In this document: in pieces, positions 56,539 to 64,000 of the stretch
How positions within the stretch are numbered: the first letter of the stretch is position 1
Layout: the number at the start of each line of letters is the position of its first letter
From: Blasia pusilla
Lineage: Eukaryota
Direction of reading: 5' to 3'
Length of the DNA stretch: 64,000 bases
Assembly (NCBI GenBank): GCA_050084515.1
Contig: CM114271.1
Coordinates: 3,906,001-3,970,000 of the forward strand
Notes under the pieces: generated by a model
The model's database searches: none
Seen by the model: only the letters and a program-made list of their open reading frames with translations
Told to the model about the DNA's origin: nothing
Made by a program: the position numbers and the translations under genes

Positions 56539-59500
56539 CTAATCACACTTGATATTTCTATAGATTCTTCTAATAAAAGTTGACGAGCCAAGGTAGCCCA
56601 CAGCACCTGCACACACAATTGTACTTCATTAGAGACCAGCAGAAATAAAACCACCTATACAGATCCTCCTTCAAGGATTAGCAAGACAAACTTACACCTA
56701 GGAGTGTTAGGAGTTCCACTATCTGTATAGCTGCTCAGAGTGCCCACCCACTCACTCCTCCATTTCACTCGCCCACACACAAGAACACATGACTTGCTCT
56801 GCATATGAACCTCCCTAAAACTAGCTAGAAATGTGAAAATCTTGCTGAAAACAAGTAGGCAACCTTCATCATGGTCCTAGTTTGTTTTACCAAGGTAATT
56901 GCATCACTCACCACAAAGTATTCCTAGTCCAATACAGAACATGGCTGTGTAGCCGAAGTAGAAACTTGTTTGGAAGAACCCAGACATCTTCGTCTTCATG
57001 AAGTAGTAATATATGGAGTACAAGTACACATAAGCAGCTGTAGATGCAGCAGAGAAGAAAGATGTCCATTGCCAGTGGTAGTTTTCTGCATTCAGTAAAA
57101 AGTATGTCCCGACTATGGTGACACAGACCGTGACTATAACCAGAATTAAGAAGACCAAGAGCATGAACCCATACACATAGTATACCTGTACAATACAATA
57201 AAACAATTGCAAATCAGAGCACGATACCCAACTTTAGGAAAGAGAACATAAAGCATAAAAACATGGACACAAATATTTGCAATGAATTCATGACGCTACA
57301 AACTCTCCAGAATAGCAAAGAAGATACACCAGGAACAACATTCTCCAGCACAGTCCCAATCTCACAATTCCAAACCCGTGAACTGGCAATTTGGAGAAAT
57401 ACTTTACCTTGTAATTCCAAAAAGATGTGAAGACAAAGTACATCTCTATGAAGATGCTTCCAAAGGGCAGCAGCCCACCCATCAACGCAACCACTGAGGG
57501 TGTGAGATACCACTTCTTTTCAGGAATTGGTCTGGGGATAGTCTTTACTCTACAAGGATTGTCAGGTACTCCACTCCAGTTCCTTCCGACCACAGTTCCA
57601 AGAAGAGCTAGGGGGAAGGAAATGAATGCCCAGATGACCAAAACCACCACCTGAACAAGACAACCGAGACTTCTGGGTGAGATCTGAGAATATCTTTAAG
57701 TGTACATATCTTAATCACGGACTTCCTACTTTCAAGAGAAATAACCATATGACATATGACGAATTTTCAGCCGTACTCATCTGATATAAAATTGATACTG
57801 CCATTGCTCATTGTAAAGAAAAACATGCAAACATCATGTACCATTGTTCCAAAAGGAATGGCTGCCAGAGAATGGTAGAAAATGGCCACAGTGTTCAGAA
57901 GAAAGCCTATTCCGAAACAGGTAAAAGGAAACAATGATGCAGTGAGAAGCATCGACTTGATCCAGTGCTTGCCTGCACAGGCACGACAACAGAAATCAAG
58001 ATCCAGTTCACTGTGAATGGATCAAAGCAACACAAATTGAGGCACCAACATAAAAACAATTCAGTGCTAAACCTCCTCATTTAACTCATCCAGTTACATA
58101 ATTACTTGAGAGTAATTTACCATAGGATGGTTGAAACTAGCTTTCAGGGTCTTCAGAAACCAAGTCTTGGGTAACAGAGCTGGGATGATTCAAGAGAAGG
58201 GACTGTACCATCATTACGCGAATAGAAACCTCCACTGACATATCCAGCAATGAACGATGTAAGTGCGTAGCAAACAATGAAGGTTGTCACAATAGCTCCA
58301 CGCCTGCAATACACACATTCTCACGATGAGCAAATAAGTCCTTTGGAGTGTTTCCACAAGAACAGACAAAATCTAGAATATGACCAGTCACAAGTCAGTA
58401 CTATAATCCACAAATACACTGGCAGCACCATGTTGTAATACACTTCAACATACAAGCCATACATGTCTATTACCAGAGATCATTTTCTCTCAGAGAAGTA
58501 AATAGCCACAATATGTTAGGCACACTGATTGGACATACCCGACATATAACATGCCTATGATGGCAAAGAGAATAACCAAGAGGACTAGCATCGCTAGCTG
58601 CACGCCAGTCCCCACCAGTGCTGACAGGAGAACCAGATTGCGAGGAGACCGAAAAACATCTCCATGGACCAACTTCCATCCTGATTCTTCACTGACATCT
58701 CTCTCCTGCAATTCACCAAGGTGGGTATCAGAAAGCCCAATTTCAGTGAGCACTCTACTAGAGCTCACATCAAAGTAAATATAAATTAGTGTGACTACCA
58801 AGGTAAAATATCTGACTAACAAGAGGATTCAAAAAAATATCAACCTCCAACCCCACTCCAGCAAATATGTGTTTGTGCAAAGTAAGGACATATTTGCCAG
58901 CAGAGCCATTCTAATTCAGAATCGATGATTTACTGAATCCATAAGTAAAGACAGAAGGAGATGATGAACAGTGTATCTTGACCCGAGTACTATGAATCAG
59001 ATGGCGGTAACCTCTAGAGGTTGTAAATTGCTTTCCGGTCACAAGCCCTCAACTATGCATCCACTTCCAGAAGTACTGCAGATGAATTGGAAGGCATAAA
59101 ACTTTCCAGTGACACTGGACATCACAAGCACGTTTTGCTGTAGTCAAGGATGTTACTGACACTGGGCACATTTGCAATTGCAATTTCCATATGGTGATTA
59201 TGGATCATGGTTTGGATCAAAACTCACCAATGTCTCCAAGTCATCTTCCTCCCTGGCGTACTTGGCATAGTCATTTCGTAAAGTGCGCATGAGGATCATG
59301 GAAACAAGTCCAGTCAAGAAAATGACCATCATGAACGAGTTGAAGATGGAAAACCAATGGATCTGCAATACGGAATATACCATTGTCAGAATGGTAAAAC
59401 CACAAGCAAAGCAAAAAGTCATACATAGCAAATCCATGTTCCAAGAGTTCAATCCATCTCTAACCATATCTCATTCCCCAATGCAAGAAGTGAAAATACC

Positions 59501-61771
59501 TGATGCTCAAAGAATATATAGTCCAAGTAGGCATCAAACCGCCTTGCAAAAGAAGTATTGACCTCCACCCATTTTACTGAGTAGGTCAGCTCCAAAGCCC
59601 TTCCAGGTACAATAGGCTGAGGATTATCTTGAGTGAGATTCACTTGTATGATCTGAAAGAAAGCAATCCATGGTTTATCACCCAAGTCCCTACAAATGAA
59701 ATCACTGAAATAGTCATAAATGTGCGGGCTCAAAATTCATGGAATTTTCCACCTCCACATGAGGTATACCTGATCATTGTTGTACTTCACCACAAAGTTC
59801 TTGTGAGTATAAAGCAAAGCTTTGTTCTCATCCTTCTTATCATTGTGAACTTCTCCGACAAACCCTGTGACAACAAAGGTGTGAGTTTTCCACATTACAG
59901 AGGACCAACCCTTCACATTGCCACATACTCACAAATTTGACTCTCCAAGAGTTTGAAATCTATGCCTGTTACTGTGAAAATAAAGTCCTGCATAAACCTT
60001 AAACTGGGTAGTGGGAGAGTCCGTATCACATACCCCACAGAGGCAGGTCGTCTGAACTTGACAGCAAGATTGTACAGCATAACATGCCACCAAAAAGAGC
60101 AAGTAAGATGCAAACCGAAAGATAAAGGAGTAAATTATAATAATACCAGAGAACTGTGCATTGCAGAACTTGACAGCAAGATTGTATAGCACAACATGCC
60201 ACCAAGAAGAGCAAGTAAGATGTAAACCAAAAGATAAACGAGTATGGTATAACAATAACAGAGAAGTGTGCATTTCAAAACGAAATGGACTATGTTGGGA
60301 GTGAGAAGCGAAATTGACAAAATTGGAAGAGGCGCTTGATTTGGTGACATATTAGAACCCAAGTCCTTTGGATGAGAGAAGCGCACCCATAAAGAACTCA
60401 AACCAGTAAGTATTCTCAATAGCTTCTTTGAACTCTTTGGCATCCTCAAGTTTTAACTCCTCCACCTTACAAATGACGCTCTTCTCGATTGGGACTGCAG
60501 ATGATACAAGTAGCGCCAGGGTAAATTCTGTGAATCTTTCATGTTGAAAGCAATACCACCCGCACATTCTTTGAGCTATAATACAATGGTGAACTAATCA
60601 TCCGGACACCAAAAGTCACATAGAATTCGAAGTCCGGCCAAGTAAGACCGTCCCTGACTTTTCTAGCATCAATCTGAAGAACAAACTAGAACAGAACAAC
60701 TTGAATGTAAAATGCAGAGAATTTTTCTACAATGAAAATCACAATGGGTGTAAAGCATTCACTGTAGCTGGTCTCCAAATAGGATCTGCTTGAAGGAGAA
60801 GAGCACGTACTTTTGAACTTGATGTCAATCTCACTGTCTATGAGTTCATTACCCTCCAAAACTTCCCCAAGCCCTCCCCATTTGTGACTGGGTTCCTTCG
60901 TACTGGGCTTGCAAAAGGGCAGGCTGTAGTAGTTGTATGTTTCTTGAGGATTGTTGTACGGACCGACTTTGTTCACCCAAAGTGTGACGACGTCACCATC
61001 TGCATACTGCTCCAACAGACGAATGGAACCAACACAAGTCAGGACCGCAAAAGACAAGACCTCTACTCAACTTTGAGAGTCGGAGTATCCCACAAGAAGG
61101 CAGGCCTGCTGCCAGATCTACCTATTCGAATCAATATCTTAACAGTAAAGCCCAACGCACAAAGGCGAGAGATCACGACTTGGTGGGCGGGGTCGCAAAT
61201 GCGTGTGATTTGACAAGAACCCAAATGCACTACATTCCGAATTTCTTCCAAAGAAGTCAACAAACTTGGAGCAATTGACCAGATGGGATCTGCCAGCGAA
61301 ATTCGTGGTGACGAAGATATTGGAAGTCAAGCAAACGCTAGTACGAAACAAAAAGAAAGGCCGTAGAGAACAGGGCCCGAGAATAACGGCGCCCAGTCAC
61401 ATGGGCTGGGAGACTGCCTCACAAAGTCAGGACGCAGAAAATGCAGATCTCAAGAAACAAAATATTCTCTGACAGAAAGCTTTGGAAGAAAGCCTCAGAA
61501 TCTCGTATTCGCTAACCCCAGAAAGATCGCATTGGTAACGCTTGCCCGAAGGCATATCGAAGTGCCTCTCTTGTGCATTTAAAAAAATGAAAAATAATAA
61601 ACGCTGCGTGGCTCGAAGAACCAAAGACAAGCTCGTAATACAGACGGAAATCTTCTCAGGAAGTTCGATACGCACCTTGTGATCGTACTCCGTGGCACTA
61701 CACGAACTAAGAAACAGCACTAGAGTGACACAAACGGTCTGCCAAACCACTGCTCTCGTTATTTCCCGCAT
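56539..61771 (-). CDS. TMN1: Transmembrane 9 superfamily / endomembrane protein 70 (TMN1, TM9SF3-like), multi-exon
   Basis: Signal peptide [32 protein letters not shown], then [81 protein letters not shown] and [10 protein letters not shown]. The C-terminus is IYRNIKCD* (KxD/E Golgi retention motif). Confidence 0.96.
60054..60244. repeat. Intronic direct repeat (~79 bp, spacing ~112 bp) in TMN1
   Basis: gaacttgacagcaagattgta.agca.aacatgccacca..agagcaagtaagatg occurs twice. Confidence 0.85.
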
Positions 61772-62278
61772 CTTCGACTTCTTGCTCAAGCCTTTCGGCC
61801 CGCCTACGATCTTTTTCAAGTAATCCTCTCCGTTCCACTGCTTGCTCCTCCTCCTCGTCCTTCCCCTCCTCCTGGGAGACTGCCCGACACAACCACAAAC
61901 CCCCCTCCCTCAGATCTGCTCTGCGTCTATTCTCGACTACTGGCTCCCGCACCTGTTCCCACATCCACCACTACCATCCGACACCTGCGCACGTACGCTC
62001 TCCGATCGATGAGTAGATGCAGTGGAAGATCGCGCACAACGGAACGATCGATCGAGCGAGCCAAAGCAGCACCACTCTCGCAGCCCAAGCCAGAGCAAGG
62101 AGCGGCAGACGCGAAGGGCCCCCCAGCTCTAGAGCCGACAGCAGCTCAGGCAAACCCCCCTCGACACGCTCTGCCCTGTCTCCTTCGCTCCCCGCCCCCG
62201 CCCCCGCTCCGCTCCGAGCCTCCCTTCCGCTCTTCACGGCCGTCGCCCGCAGAGTCTCGACTTCATCGGGCTCCCCAC

Positions 62279-62455
62279 GGCCGACCGCGGTTATCTACGA
62301 CTCCGGGAACTGAGACCACTGGGTCGCGGTTTCTCCTCAGCTATACTGCCTGCGTCTTCCCGGAGGCCGACCGCGGTTATCTACGTCTCCGGTACCTGAC
62401 ACCACTGGGTCGCGGTTTCTCCTCAGCTATACTGCCCGCGTCTTCCCGGAGGCCG
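62279..62455. repeat. GC-rich tandem duplication (~86 bp unit) upstream of TMN1
   Basis: ggccgaccgcggttatctacg...accactgggtcgcggtttctcctcagctatactgcc.gcgtcttcccgga occurs twice. Confidence 0.9.
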
Positions 62456-63726
62456 CCTCGGGGTTCACCGAGCCTGAGTGTCGCAGCGAATCCGCTGTCC
62501 GAACCTCCACTATAGATGAACGCCCTCGACCGTGGTTTCGTTCAGCCCACTGCGGTGTGTGCAGAGGGTGATCATGGAGGAACTCCGGTTTAGCGCGGTA
62601 GAGAAACGCGCAGTTCATCCAATCCGCTGTTAGCTGTGCCGATCACGGGCGACCCGCTCACTGCGGTCACAATCGTGGCTGAGCTAAGGGCCTCTCCGTA
62701 CCGCGCCGTCCCACGTCTCGGCTTTCGTCTCTGTTCGTTCGGTCGTGTCGTGAAAGCTTTCGGACTGTGCGACCGTGGTGTTTGAAGCAGACGTCTTTGG
62801 CGAAAGTCGTGGGCGCCTGGAACGTCGGCGTGGTCGACCGCTCCAAGATCATCACCGCGACGTTCGTCAATAGGCGCGGCGTCGCGCCTCGATGAATGTA
62901 GTGTAGTGGTTTGATGCATCAGGTCTCCGGTTGCATTTTGCCATGCAACCGGAGACCTCAGATCCGCCATTTCATATGCCGTTTTTTGGTGTAGAAACTA
63001 CTAGGGCTCCTTTGATAGTTGGATAATCTATACTAAGTTCTGGGTTTGAAAAAGGGTTTATGAGAAGACTACTAGGAGAAACCAGGAGGAGAAAAGTTAC
63101 TCCACATGTTAGTGCATTAACATGGGGGAGTAATGAATTGGGGAGATGTGATGGCTTTACTACGGATTACCTCACATCTATATGACGGTAATAGGCAGTT
63201 GAGAAGTCCATATCCAACGGATGAAAAGACTACAAAATAACTTGCATTCCACAGCCTCTCCACTCATAATCGCCTACTAGTGACGAGGTGATAAGGTGCA
63301 CGACCGATGCATGGGTATAAATCCGCGTGTTTGTGTAGTACTACTAAATTCTTTATTTCAACCAAGTATTTTTGTATGCTGCATTTCGCGTGTAAGCACC
63401 TTCTTTGTTTGAATGTTCATTGCTTCCAATCATAATGTGTATGGAACTTATTTTCCCTACCCTACATAGTGCTACATATAATTGACCATGAGATAATACA
63501 TGAGTAGCTTAATAAATTCTAATATTTTCTAGAGTTTGACCTTTAGACTTATTAATAGTCATAAAGTAGGAAGAATAGGAAATTGAAACCTACGTAAATC
63601 AAATGGCATACTAGAATCAAATGTGATCAATGGAATGGGTGGAATGAAAACTCGATCTCCAATATTCTTCACTGTGATGATTTTGGCATCTATGCAATGT
63701 CACATGAATCCACGAATTACTAATCT

Positions 63727-64000
63727 TGTCGCGATCCTCATAACCAAACGAACACCAAGCGGAACTTTAGCAAGCTCAGGCCTGGATGGTTGCGCTTTGA
63801 AGAGGTCTCTTCGAGGAGTCACAAAGACAAAACGCACCAATAGAGTTTGTGCGTTTCATGCGTTTATGGTTGTGACCAGGAAACTTGTACCAAACGTGAA
63901 CCAAAACTTGAGAGGAGTTGAGTCTAGAAAGGTTGGTTGCCAAATAGGTGAGAACTGGATTTGGAACGCGACTAGTGTTTGGGGTTTTGACTGTGTTTTG
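63727..64000 (+). mobile_element. Start of an LTR related to 49391-50296 (runs off the window)
   Basis: tgtcgcgatcctcataaccaaacgaac...gaggagttgagtctag.aaggttggtt...ttggaacg.gactag.gtttggggttttgact matches 49391-49665. Confidence 0.8.

Overview
Eukaryotic land-plant genomic DNA, inferred to be bryophyte/liverwort-like. It has four intact host genes, all on the minus strand: the 5' part of a sterol C-22 desaturase CYP710 (runs off the window start), histone acetyltransferase HAT1/HAG2, glutamine:fructose-6-phosphate aminotransferase GFAT, and a TM9SF/TMN1 endomembrane protein. They are separated by tracts of decayed transposons (Helitron, hAT, CRE/RLE-type LINE, Ty3/Gypsy LTRs). The standout is a ~9 kb degenerate Ty3/Gypsy LTR retrotransposon at ~37.3-46.4 kb. 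Its polyprotein carries an uninterrupted DNMT3-like C5 cytosine DNA methyltransferase domain between the aspartic protease and the reverse transcriptase, and a PHD finger after the integrase. The element is followed by a mosaic of inverted fragments of itself bracketed by a ~136 bp inverted repeat. Secondary observations are duplicated orphan L-arabinokinase exons, a double hairpin in a GFAT intron, an isolated 21-bp hairpin, three probable GC-AG introns, and microsatellites expanded at one site of a repeat family. All homology calls are from motif recognition by eye, not database searches.
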